From a virus: a DNA stretch of 64,000 nucleotides. Within the stretch, counting starts at the first letter, position 1, and each line of letters starts with the position of its first letter. The stretch is from IMG/VR virus record IMGVR_UViG_3300000239_000002, positions 2,761-66,760 of that record; one strand, given 5' to 3'. Both the position numbers and the translations under genes were made by a program. Below are positions 1 through 8,747 of this stretch, piece after piece. A model generated the notes under the pieces. That model saw only the letters and a list, made by a program, of their open reading frames with translations. It was not told the origin of the DNA and made no database searches.

Positions 1-114
1 GGTTATTTATATTGGGTGGACACACGTGAAGTTCATACATTTATTAACGGCAACATCGCCAAAGGCTCATTAAACGAAGATAGACTTCATTTACTAGTAG
101 GATATGATGAATAG
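1..114 (+). CDS. C-terminal fragment of Fe/2OG oxygenase (AspH-like), truncated by window edge
   Basis: Frame 1 reads GYLYWVDTREVHTFING...EDRLHLLVGYDE*, with the distal His and R-x-H pattern of the DSBH fold. Confidence 0.55.
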   Translation, partial: GYLYWVDTREVHTFINGNIAKGSLNEDRLHLLVGYDE

Positions 115-583
115 TTTTAAAATAGATAATTTTCCATCAGTAAACGTGGAAAAATTCATAAGCATAGGTAATAATATAATAGAACCCGCATGGACTATAC
201 GTCCAAGTCTAATAGATAATATTTTAGTACAAGAAGAATTAGATTGGCTAGAGCAATATAAATTATATCCATGCTATACAGCAATTATAATGACGCCGGC
301 TTTAACAATCTGTAAAACACATGTAGATGGTAAAGCATCAGATGCTGGATTAAAACAAAGAAGAACTGCTATTAATATACCTATACAAGGTTGGGATAAT
401 AGTTCATTTCAATTTATGTCGGATGAAGAAAACATTATAGAAACTATATGTACAGATGCAGTTATGTGTTGGGATGTAACTCAACCTCATAGAATAGATA
501 ATTTTAAAAGTAAATTAAATAGAATTACGTTGAGTTTTGGGTTTGTTGAATCGGTAGACAATATTTACGACAAATTGTCTTAA
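104..583 (+). CDS. putative Fe/2OG-dependent oxygenase
   Basis: THVD (HxD), AINIPI, QPHRIDN, NRITLSF. Confidence 0.6.
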   Translation: MMNSFKIDNFPSVNVEKFISIGNNIIEPAWTIRPSLIDNILVQEELDWLEQYKLYPCYTAIIMTPALTICKTHVDGKASDAGLKQRRTAINIPIQGWDNSSFQFMSDEENIIETICTDAVMCWDVTQPHRIDNFKSKLNRITLSFGFVESVDNIYDKLS

Positions 584-1145
584 TTTCATTCCAAGAATAT
601 TTAGGGTCAAATCTAAGAGATATCATAGCTCTTTCTTCTTCTTGTGGTAATGGATTAAAAACAGAATGATATTCACCATTGTTAAATAATACTGGTGTGT
701 CTGTTAAAGAAAATTCTACTGCTAATTTTAATTCACCACTTTCATATGCTGTAGATTTAGGCATTTGAATACTAGTATGCTTGCCTATAGGTAACCAAAA
801 ATTAGTTCTAACTTTTTTTGTACAATTATATACTGGCAAATTAATTGAACCAGTAAATTTTGTTTTAGAATGATCTTTATGTATTGGTATAAACAAATTA
901 GATCTTCTTTTACTGTGGAAATATATAACAAATAACTTGTCCATATAAAGGTGTGATATTATTTCATCTGGAATCATATTTAATATAATATCATTAAATT
1001 CAAAACTATTAAGAAATTTATCATGCTTTATAGCATAGTTCTCCCAAAAGCATTCTTCTATAGCTTCTTTATTGTATTTTTCAAAACATAACGGAAGGAC
1101 ATAATCGTCTACATTTACGCCTTCGCTAACAGAAAATAATTTCAC
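525..1145 (-). CDS. putative Fe/2OG-dependent oxygenase
   Basis: IHKD (HxD), SINLPV, YHSVFN, ERAMISLRF. Confidence 0.6.
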   Translation of the reverse strand: MKLFSVSEGVNVDDYVLPLCFEKYNKEAIEECFWENYAIKHDKFLNSFEFNDIILNMIPDEIISHLYMDKLFVIYFHSKRRSNLFIPIHKDHSKTKFTGSINLPVYNCTKKVRTNFWLPIGKHTSIQMPKSTAYESGELKLAVEFSLTDTPVLFNNGEYHSVFNPLPQEEERAMISLRFDPKYSWNEIKTICRKYCLPIQQTQNST

Positions 1146-1570
1146 GTAAAATACTCTTCAAAAATAATTGTTTCATGTATCTTCCAATCTTTTTTTGCCG
1201 TTAAAGTTTTATAAAGTGTTTCAAAATATATATCTAGTATCTCTTGTTCATCTTTATCTATTATCTTAATTAAACTTTGTATGACATCTATAGGCCTTCT
1301 AATGATATCTATTATTTTATAGTTGTTCTTAATTTCTTCTTTAACATCATCTTCTAAATCATTAATGGTATGCCAATGTCCATGTAATACATATTCATGA
1401 CTAAAAACTATTTCCTTAACATTGTAATTGTTTTCTCCGAGATGTTCGGGCGTATGTAAAACACCTAAGGCCGGTTGTTTGTTTAATTCTTTAGCAATAT
1501 TTTTTGTTAAAGTTTTGGAACCGGATCTAGGAAAAGAAATTACTGCTATATTAGAAATTGTGTCCGCCAT
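1142..1570 (-). CDS. sulfotransferase-like P-loop protein
   Basis: N-terminal ISFPRSGS 5'-PSB-like motif and IIRRPIDVIQS 3'-PB-like motif. Confidence 0.5.
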   Translation of the reverse strand: MADTISNIAVISFPRSGSKTLTKNIAKELNKQPALGVLHTPEHLGENNYNVKEIVFSHEYVLHGHWHTINDLEDDVKEEIKNNYKIIDIIRRPIDVIQSLIKIIDKDEQEILDIYFETLYKTLTAKKDWKIHETIIFEEYFT

Positions 1571-2313
1571 AATAATCTTTCTCCGGTAAACGCATCACGT
1601 TTGTGCATTACTCTAATGTTGTCATACACTATAATATCATTATCCTCCCATTCATGTTGCCATGCAAATTTGAGACAATGTTCTAACAGTTTATCTACAT
1701 CGATGGGTCTACTTGTTTTGTGCAATGTGCCGGGACTAAAATAAAGCACCTTTTCACCTGTTACATGATGTTCAAATATAAAAGGTCTGTGTATATTTTG
1801 CTTTGCTAACAATTTAAGTTGTTTTTCTGTAAAACAATAGTGTAGATCTTCTGGCGGATAGTAATATCCAATTATATCTTTTAGATCATCTTTATTATTG
1901 TATCTATCTAATGCAAGTTTCATATCAATAAATTGTGTTGGACATATATCTCCATTGGATTTATTATATAAAACTACACCAAAATAATTTCCTCTGCCAT
2001 AACTCCAATCATTGTGCCAGTCTACATCACTATTCTTAAACAATTCTGTATTTGCTACTGCTTGCACAGTGCGGTCTTCATTTAAAATATGTTTTTCAGT
2101 TACTAAAGGTTTCCCCAAGAATGAAGAAAAATTAGCAAACTCATCTATAGTTAAGTTTCTTTTGTTCTTTATGTGAACAAACCCATCTTTTAAAACTAAA
2201 TTAATTAATGGTTGTCGCAGTATCGTGGATGTTATGCACCCAGATTCCACTTCGGAATAATTCACGGTTGCCATAATATTTGTCTCGTCTATGCAGGCTA
2301 TGATGTTGATCAC
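1546..2313 (-). CDS. TauD/TfdA-family dioxygenase (start uncertain)
   Basis: WHNDWSY (HxD), TQFIDM, HEWEDNDIIVYDNIRVMHKR, ERLLWR. Confidence 0.85.
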   Translation of the reverse strand: MINIIACIDETNIMATVNYSEVESGCITSTILRQPLINLVLKDGFVHIKNKRNLTIDEFANFSSFLGKPLVTEKHILNEDRTVQAVANTELFKNSDVDWHNDWSYGRGNYFGVVLYNKSNGDICPTQFIDMKLALDRYNNKDDLKDIIGYYYPPEDLHYCFTEKQLKLLAKQNIHRPFIFEHHVTGEKVLYFSPGTLHKTSRPIDVDKLLEHCLKFAWQHEWEDNDIIVYDNIRVMHKRDAFTGERLLWRTQFLI

Positions 2314-3079
2314 TTAAAATAATGTCATAAGGATCCCAGGTATGTGTATACACATACTTGTCTTGCATAGTATGTTCTTTTAAATGAAAATATAGTTCTT
2401 TCTGTTGTTCTTTTGGCATACCTGTAAACCCTCTTATCACACTCCAAGGAAAATGCAATCCTTTTTTATTGTTGATAGGATGTGTTGTTACTAACATTTT
2501 TCTATTAACTTGCTTTTCAAATGAAGGAGTACCATCAATATCTTTAAATGTCATTAATGATTCTGTATCATAAAAAATATTTTTATGTAAAGACGACAGG
2601 CCCAATTTTTCACCTACTTTATATGTAAGAGTTTTACTTTTTATTTCATTAATACTATTTTTTATATCTATGCCTAGATCATTGTAAGCTGATTGTCCAT
2701 CACTAAAGTATGTATTGCCCCCAGTATCAGATGTTATATTCATATACATTGCTACGATGTCTTCACTACCAGTTCGGTTCATACCAGCACTATGCCATTC
2801 TAATTCACCATCGTCAGCACCCGCAAATAATGATGTACTTGTAACTCTGACTAGTTCATTATAACCATCTACACCAACACCTGCTACAGTGTCTGCTTGT
2901 GCTACTACACTACCTAATGTCTTATAAAATTCTACTAAAACAGTAGGATTAACAGGAGAAGTATTTTTAATAACTACTATTCTGCCGTCTCCCACTAATT
3001 GTAGTAGTTGTGACGGATCTTCTTTAAAAGATATATTAGTAATTTTGTATCCAAAATTACCTAATTTTGTAACTTCCAT
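2201..3079 (-). CDS. TauD/TfdA-family protein with HxA iron motif (candidate halogenase)
   Basis: WHSAG, GGNTYFSD, HTWDPYDIILSDQHHSLHRR, RELFR. Confidence 0.8.
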   Translation of the reverse strand: MEVTKLGNFGYKITNISFKEDPSQLLQLVGDGRIVVIKNTSPVNPTVLVEFYKTLGSVVAQADTVAGVGVDGYNELVRVTSTSLFAGADDGELEWHSAGMNRTGSEDIVAMYMNITSDTGGNTYFSDGQSAYNDLGIDIKNSINEIKSKTLTYKVGEKLGLSSLHKNIFYDTESLMTFKDIDGTPSFEKQVNRKMLVTTHPINNKKGLHFPWSVIRGFTGMPKEQQKELYFHLKEHTMQDKYVYTHTWDPYDIILSDQHHSLHRRDKYYGNRELFRSGIWVHNIHDTATTIN

Positions 3080-3683
3080 TTTTAAATTCCTCTAAAGTAA
3101 TAGATTCCATTGTTAAGGATGCATTATTATTTAACTTTTTATAGATTATTGATTGCCAACATTGATATGAATTTTGGTTCTCACAGACTAAATGAAAGTC
3201 AGGACTTAAAATCCAATCTTTTAAGAATTTTTGAGGATAATGCTTTAGTGAGGTTTGGCCGGTTTTTGTTTCTCTACTCATAAAAACAATATCGTAATTA
3301 TAGTGTTTTGCTATATCACTTTGTTGTTGTATCATTTGTTGAGTTTCTGGAGTAACATTTTTTATAGATGTGGCAAATCTGTAATGCGGTGATTTATAAA
3401 ATCTATTTAAACAACGCACAGCATTGCCAAATATATCTCGATGAAGTAATGTACTAAATCCAATAATTTTATTTTTACTTGTAATTAGAGTAATAGCAAT
3501 GCTTTCTTCTAATTTTAATTTTTCTGGAGTATAATTTTTAGCAAGAGATTCAGTTAGTGGTTCATATTTTAAAAAATTATATATACTTCCCGCACTTATG
3601 TAAAAATTTGACTGACTATTGTGTATAGTTACTACGTTAGTATCCAAATTCATTTCTTTTAAGATGTTCGAAGAATGGAGCAA
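3057..3683 (-). CDS. GNAT-like protein (start probably 3653)
   Basis: IIGFSTL...VRCLNRFYKSPHYR resembles a GNAT core; translationally coupled in operon. Confidence 0.4.
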   Translation of the reverse strand: MLHSSNILKEMNLDTNVVTIHNSQSNFYISAGSIYNFLKYEPLTESLAKNYTPEKLKLEESIAITLITSKNKIIGFSTLLHRDIFGNAVRCLNRFYKSPHYRFATSIKNVTPETQQMIQQQSDIAKHYNYDIVFMSRETKTGQTSLKHYPQKFLKDWILSPDFHLVCENQNSYQCWQSIIYKKLNNNASLTMESITLEEFKNGSYKIR

Positions 3684-4608
3684 TTTTAAAATTAGGGGTT
3701 AGTCGTCCTCTATTGGGGTTATCCGGATCTACTACACCATCATCATCTATACCCCAATCAATTAATCTAATATATAATTTACCTAATTCTGTTTCGTATG
3801 GAAATACTAAACTGGAACATTCTTCTTGTACAACAGTTTTATTTTTATAATGTTTATCTTTTTGAACAGCAATAACAGTTCCACTGGCGGCTTTATGATT
3901 CAATATCCATTCTTTACTGAGATTTAGTTGTTCAGCAACTACGCCTGCTAATTCTTCTAAAGCATACGCATGATTTTTGCCCATGTTGCGTCCAATGGAG
4001 CCTACACTTTTCATTCTTAATACTGGTGTTATTCGACGATATATTTTTGTTGTTTTAAAATCGACTCCTGCTTCCTTAGCACAATTTACTACGGTTTGTA
4101 TTTGCCTCATTATTGTATGTTCATTGACATTTCTTGCAATTATTGTTCCAGTATTAATAGCAAATTGTTGTCTGAATAAGTTAGTTAATGCTCTAGTTTT
4201 TGCTGTTGCCCATTTGCCATTGTCGAGAATTTTATAAATTTCATCGTCATCAGCACCATTCATACTTGTTAATACAAGATTTAATCCTGCTTCTTTTAGT
4301 TTTTGGCAATATTCTTGTCGTGCTAATTTTAAACCATTAGTAGTTAATGTTGTTTGGTGTCCTCGTTTTTTTATATTATAAATAATATCCGCAAGGTCAT
4401 CGCGCATTGTGGGTTCAGCGCCAATTAATCTGATATATGTTCTAAATGGTAATCGATCAACAACATCGTAAAGTTTTGTTACATCTAAATCGGGTATATG
4501 ACGGTTTGGAATATAGCAATTTGAACATTCCATATTACACCGATGAGTTAAATCAACAACTAAATTAGAAAATATATTATTTTCAGGTTCTAGTTCGTAG
4601 TAGTGCAT
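3637..4608 (-). CDS. radical SAM protein (MoaA-like fold)
   Basis: CNMECSNC, LIGAEPT, LTTNG. Confidence 0.9.
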   Translation of the reverse strand: MHYYELEPENNIFSNLVVDLTHRCNMECSNCYIPNRHIPDLDVTKLYDVVDRLPFRTYIRLIGAEPTMRDDLADIIYNIKKRGHQTTLTTNGLKLARQEYCQKLKEAGLNLVLTSMNGADDDEIYKILDNGKWATAKTRALTNLFRQQFAINTGTIIARNVNEHTIMRQIQTVVNCAKEAGVDFKTTKIYRRITPVLRMKSVGSIGRNMGKNHAYALEELAGVVAEQLNLSKEWILNHKAASGTVIAVQKDKHYKNKTVVQEECSSLVFPYETELGKLYIRLIDWGIDDDGVVDPDNPNRGRLTPNFKIAPFFEHLKRNEFGY

Positions 4609-4920
4609 TTAACTAATTTCTTCAGTTATAGTCCATCCATTGTTTTCTAAAAATGATTTGCCAGTTGAAATACCGGATAAATTTGTATATTCAGCATAAT
4701 CACCATTATTTGTCCAAACTCTAGTTTCTACAAGTACTGAATTAGAATCTAATTCAGATGTAATAGATAAGTTGCCACCTTTTGATTCGCAAAATGCCAT
4801 AACTTCGCCTTGGCCAGTCTTGCCTTCGAGTTTATCAGTCCATAATTCGTCATATGCTTCTTCTATAGTATCAAAAGGAACACCATCTTTAGTATATGTA
4901 ACTTTTTGTGTAACTGCCAT
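4609..4920 (-). CDS. small acidic hypothetical protein heading the modification operon
   Basis: 103 aa; SD AGAGGA upstream; stop abuts radical SAM start. Confidence 0.75.
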   Translation of the reverse strand: MAVTQKVTYTKDGVPFDTIEEAYDELWTDKLEGKTGQGEVMAFCESKGGNLSITSELDSNSVLVETRVWTNNGDYAEYTNLSGISTGKSFLENNGWTITEEIS

Positions 4921-4936
4921 TATAATTCCTCTTTTC

Positions 4937-5015
4937 TTGACAATATTGTCGAAATATAATATAATATTATATGTTTAAGTATATTTATAGTTAAATATTA
5001 ATATGTCAAAGATTA
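4937..5015 (+). repeat. promoter cassette direct repeat, copy 1 (sigma70 promoter plus divergent late promoters)
   Basis: TTGACA-17-TATAAT, then TATTTATAGTTAAATA and ATGTCAAAGATTA; colinear with 5454-5531. Confidence 0.85.
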
Positions 5016-5465
5016 ATGAGCTTTATTGAAATAGACCCATTTCTAACCGATGAAGAAAAAAATTTCTTTCTATCAAAAATAGATGATGATGGTTGGATTC
5101 AACATAGAAATACAAAATCAGGAACACTGTCTCCTTTAAATTTTAAAGGACCTTTTGTTTTAAGAAAACATGAAGTATTCTTAATGAAAATGTATCCAAA
5201 TACTGTTCAGGATTGGCATATTGATGGTGTTCAATTTAAACGTAATACGTTAATTATACATCCTCTTACAGATAACTATGCTCCGTTTCAATGTGAGGCG
5301 GGTCAATCTGATAAGGTAATAATAGCAGATACACAAAGCAAACATGCTGTGTTTAATAACGAAGAAACTAGATTAAATTTACAAATATTTTTTGATATTG
5401 ATTATTCAGAAGCAATTAAGGATAATAGTATAGTTTGGAAGACATTAAAATCATTGACAAACTAG
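5016..5465 (+). CDS. putative Fe/2OG-dependent oxygenase
   Basis: WHID, KHAVFNN, RLNLQI. Confidence 0.6.
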   Translation: MSFIEIDPFLTDEEKNFFLSKIDDDGWIQHRNTKSGTLSPLNFKGPFVLRKHEVFLMKMYPNTVQDWHIDGVQFKRNTLIIHPLTDNYAPFQCEAGQSDKVIIADTQSKHAVFNNEETRLNLQIFFDIDYSEAIKDNSIVWKTLKSLTN

Positions 5466-5531
5466 TGAGAATATAATATAATAGTATATGTTAAGTATAT
5501 TTATAGTTAAATATTAACATGTCAAAGATTA
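5454..5531 (+). repeat. promoter cassette direct repeat, copy 2
   Basis: TTGACAA...AATATAATATAATA.TATATGTTAAGTATATTTATAGTTAAATATTAACATGTCAAAGATTA. Confidence 0.85.
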
Positions 5532-6337
5532 TAGTAGTCTCAGGCGGTTTCGACCCTATTCACAAAGGGCATATCGCACTATTTGAATCAGCAAAAGCAC
5601 TAGGAGATACACTTATAGTAGCGTTAAACAGTGATAAGTGGCTTCAGCGTAAAAAAGGCAGGTCTTTTATGTTGTTTGAAGAACGCCGTCTTATTACACG
5701 CAATTTACGTATGGTTGATGAAGTTTTCTCGTTTAATGATAATGACAATACTGCTATAGACGCATTAAAGAAAGTTAAAAGGCATTTCCCTGACGACACT
5801 ATTGTATTTGCCAATGGTGGAGATCGTGGTAAAAACAATGTTCCAGAGCAAGAAGTAGAAGGTGTAGAGTTCGTGTTTAGTGTTGGTGGTAATGATAAAA
5901 AGAATTCCTCAAGTGACTTAATAAAGAATTATAAATTTGGTATGGCGTATGAAGATTTTGGTTATTATAACATATTATACAATGACACAACATGTCGTGT
6001 AAAAGAAGTACATATTGATCCATACGAATCCATGCAAATGGAACGACATTTAAAGAAAAGCGAATTTTGGTTTGTTGCTAAAGGTGATTGCGAGGTAGAA
6101 TATGCTTGGCCAGATAATATTGATAAATTAAAACATCGATCACTCACAAAGTATATGCATTTTTATGTTCCAGCAGGACAATTTCACCGTTTATACAATG
6201 AAACAAAGCAACCTTGTAAAATATTAGTAATGGAATACAGTCCTACAGCAGACGTTAGATTTGATGATGACTGCGAACCAATTGAAACCTATCGTAACCC
6301 TATCCCTATCCCTATTACTAGTACAGCATTTTTATGA
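5519..6337 (+). CDS. cytidylyltransferase (RfaE/TagD-like) fused to cupin (type II mannose-6-phosphate isomerase-like)
   Basis: SGGFDPIHKGH HIGH-type motif, FANGGDR, KKNSSS; C-terminal cupin ERH..KSEFW, GQFHRLYN. Confidence 0.85.
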   Translation: MSKIIVVSGGFDPIHKGHIALFESAKALGDTLIVALNSDKWLQRKKGRSFMLFEERRLITRNLRMVDEVFSFNDNDNTAIDALKKVKRHFPDDTIVFANGGDRGKNNVPEQEVEGVEFVFSVGGNDKKNSSSDLIKNYKFGMAYEDFGYYNILYNDTTCRVKEVHIDPYESMQMERHLKKSEFWFVAKGDCEVEYAWPDNIDKLKHRSLTKYMHFYVPAGQFHRLYNETKQPCKILVMEYSPTADVRFDDDCEPIETYRNPIPIPITSTAFL

Positions 6338-6350
6338 AACTAAATAGTGT

Positions 6351-6644
6351 ATGCGTTGGACACAAGAAACAAGAGAAGAACGAGCAAAGAGATTGAGCCA
6401 ATGGCATAAATGGTTTGCTTGGCGCCCTGTCCGTGTATGGAAATTAAATCCAAGAAAATCTCACAGAACACATAAAGAAATGCAGATGTTAGAACATTCT
6501 AATCAAGTTATATGGTTAGAGCGTATTATGCGAAAGTTTGAAGATGATACTAGAATTTACGCAAGTTCACAAGAAGAAGTAACAATGATACAACTAGCAG
6601 ACCCATTAATTAGACATAGAATAATTATTCGAGAGGATGATTGA
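6351..6644 (+). CDS. hypothetical phage protein
   Basis: WHKWFAWRPV motif; TAAATA upstream. Confidence 0.6.
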   Translation: MRWTQETREERAKRLSQWHKWFAWRPVRVWKLNPRKSHRTHKEMQMLEHSNQVIWLERIMRKFEDDTRIYASSQEEVTMIQLADPLIRHRIIIREDD

Positions 6645-6847
6645 TGCCAACATATGAATATAAATGTGATAATGAAAATTGCGAACATACTTTAGAAATA
6701 ACACAATCCATTAAGGATGAACCATTGGAATTTTGCCCAAATTGTGGTGAAAACACATTTAAAAGAGTACCCTCGTTATCAGCATTTATTTTAAAAGGAG
6801 ATGGTTGGTATAAAAACACCACTAAACCTTCAGATAAAGACTCGTAA
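6644..6847 (+). CDS. FmdB-family zinc ribbon protein
   Basis: MPTYEYKC...C...CPNCG...FILKGDGWY. Confidence 0.85.
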   Translation: MPTYEYKCDNENCEHTLEITQSIKDEPLEFCPNCGENTFKRVPSLSAFILKGDGWYKNTTKPSDKDS

Positions 6848-6855
6848 ATACGAGT

Positions 6856-7503
6856 ATGGTTACCTTAGAAGAAAATTCTTTGGCAACACTACTCACAAGT
6901 CACTCAACAATGAAAAAAGATAGAATCATATTAACAGATGTAGATGGTGTCTTGCTAGACTGGGAATTCGCGTTTCATACGTGGATGGAAGAACATGGTC
7001 ACACGGCAGGAAACGGACATAAACTAGTTTATAGCGTAGCAAAGCGTTTTAGTATAACTGGTAACAATGCTAAAAAATTAGTAGAATTTTTTAATGAGAG
7101 TGCTTCAATAGGCTTCCTCCCCCCATTGCGTGATGCTATGTATTACGTAAAAAAACTACATGAGCAACATGGTTACGCATTTCACGCAATCACGTCATTA
7201 AGTTTGAATAGACACGCGATACGTTTAAGAGAACAAAATTTGTCTAAACTGTTTGGTGACACAGCATTTGAAAAAGTAGTTTGTTTAGATACTGGCGTTG
7301 ATAAAGATGACGCATTAGAACCTTATAGAGATTCAGGATGTTGGTGGGTAGAAGACAAAATGAAAAATGTAGATACTGGCGAAAAAATGGGGTTACGCGG
7401 TATACTAATGGAACATGGACATAATATGGATTATGAAGGCCCTGCTTTAGTTGCTAAAAATTGGAAGGATATTTACAACTATATTACTAATCCTTCATCG
7501 TAA
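6856..7503 (+). CDS. HAD-family 5'-nucleotidase-like phage protein
   Basis: ILTDVDGVLLDW (DxDGV), WVEDK. Confidence 0.75.
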   Translation: MVTLEENSLATLLTSHSTMKKDRIILTDVDGVLLDWEFAFHTWMEEHGHTAGNGHKLVYSVAKRFSITGNNAKKLVEFFNESASIGFLPPLRDAMYYVKKLHEQHGYAFHAITSLSLNRHAIRLREQNLSKLFGDTAFEKVVCLDTGVDKDDALEPYRDSGCWWVEDKMKNVDTGEKMGLRGILMEHGHNMDYEGPALVAKNWKDIYNYITNPSS

Positions 7504-7816
7504 AGGATTCACCACATCCACAAGATGTAGTATCTGGGATCATAACCTTAAATGCTGGCATAAAATCACCAGTATAATCAATTGTTGCGCCAGTCATATG
7601 TGTAATTGTAAATTTATCTATAAGGAATTGTTTGCTTTCTCCTAATTCGAAAGTAATATCACCATCTTCTAACTCTGTAGAATTTTCCCATTTGCCAATC
7701 AACCCCGAGCATCCGCCGCCATCAAGTAAATAGCGGACGTAAGGCACGTCATTCTTAGTAGCAATTGTTAATAACTGCTTTTTTGCTGTTTCAGTTAGTG
7801 TTATATTGTATTCCAT
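7487..7816 (-). CDS. IscA/HesB Fe-S cluster carrier
   Basis: GGGCSG and SCGCGESF. Confidence 0.9.
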   Translation of the reverse strand: MEYNITLTETAKKQLLTIATKNDVPYVRYLLDGGGCSGLIGKWENSTELEDGDITFELGESKQFLIDKFTITHMTGATIDYTGDFMPAFKVMIPDTTSCGCGESFTMKD

Positions 7817-8708
7817 ATTCTCTCTCAAAAGTTTTCTTTAACCAATCATAATTGTCGGAAGTATTTCTGTATTCTTCTATCCAATTATTACATATTGTAG
7901 CACATTTTATGCCGTATGTCACTCCTTCTATACAGTATTTACCATTTTTTTGCTCCTCGCCCACAGTTGCCCAATGATTTAATCTTTCTTCAGTTTCTTT
8001 CAAATTTGAATTTAAATTTAATAAACGAAATGTAAGCCTATTTCCCATCCTGAATCCAGTTTTCCAAGCATCATACGGAGAGGAATTAAAAAAGTCTACA
8101 CTAGCAATTGCATTCGGTCGAATTCCTTCGCATTTGAATGAATCTGCCTCGATTGATTTTATCGACTCTTTACTGTCTATATCGTTTATATAATTATATG
8201 GTATATTAAAATTAGTATCACACTTCCAATTGTATAGACTATCAGATTTAAATGCTAAACCGATTGGGCTATGAGTGCCAATTTCTCCATTAACAGGATT
8301 TATAGAATTCCAAGTAATGCAATGTCTTGCTTTAACATAATCGTAATTAAGTTCGTTGTGATCTAATGATGCTATACTTTGCAACCATTCTTGCGGTGGT
8401 TTAAAGTTAAAATCCTTACATATCATTGAATCTCCCTCTACAATAAAATAAAAAGGAGTTTCTGCTAATTCTCTGCAAGCATTATACGCATTGAGTATTC
8501 CTTTAACCCCATTTACACGTTTAGCACTAGGCACACGCTTTTTTAATAATTCATAATGTTTATCAGCAGCTTTTTCATTATAACTCATAAACACTACGTC
8601 TAAATGTGGTTCTGGTATAGGTTTTACATCAGATAAATCAGAATTATATTCAATAAACTTATTAACAGTTTCTAAGTCAATATATTGTTTGGTTAAATCT
8701 AACTTCAT
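7791..8708 (-). CDS. glycosyltransferase-like phage protein (paralog of 52535-53227)
   Basis: DVVFMSYNE...GVKGI..A...C...FYFIVEGDS; start placed at ATG 5 nt after TAAATA. Confidence 0.5.
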   Translation of the reverse strand: MKLDLTKQYIDLETVNKFIEYNSDLSDVKPIPEPHLDVVFMSYNEKAADKHYELLKKRVPSAKRVNGVKGILNAYNACRELAETPFYFIVEGDSMICKDFNFKPPQEWLQSIASLDHNELNYDYVKARHCITWNSINPVNGEIGTHSPIGLAFKSDSLYNWKCDTNFNIPYNYINDIDSKESIKSIEADSFKCEGIRPNAIASVDFFNSSPYDAWKTGFRMGNRLTFRLLNLNSNLKETEERLNHWATVGEEQKNGKYCIEGVTYGIKCATICNNWIEEYRNTSDNYDWLKKTFEREYGIQYNTN

Positions 8709-8747
8709 ACTGATATTTAATAAATACATATAAACGGAAGCACTATT

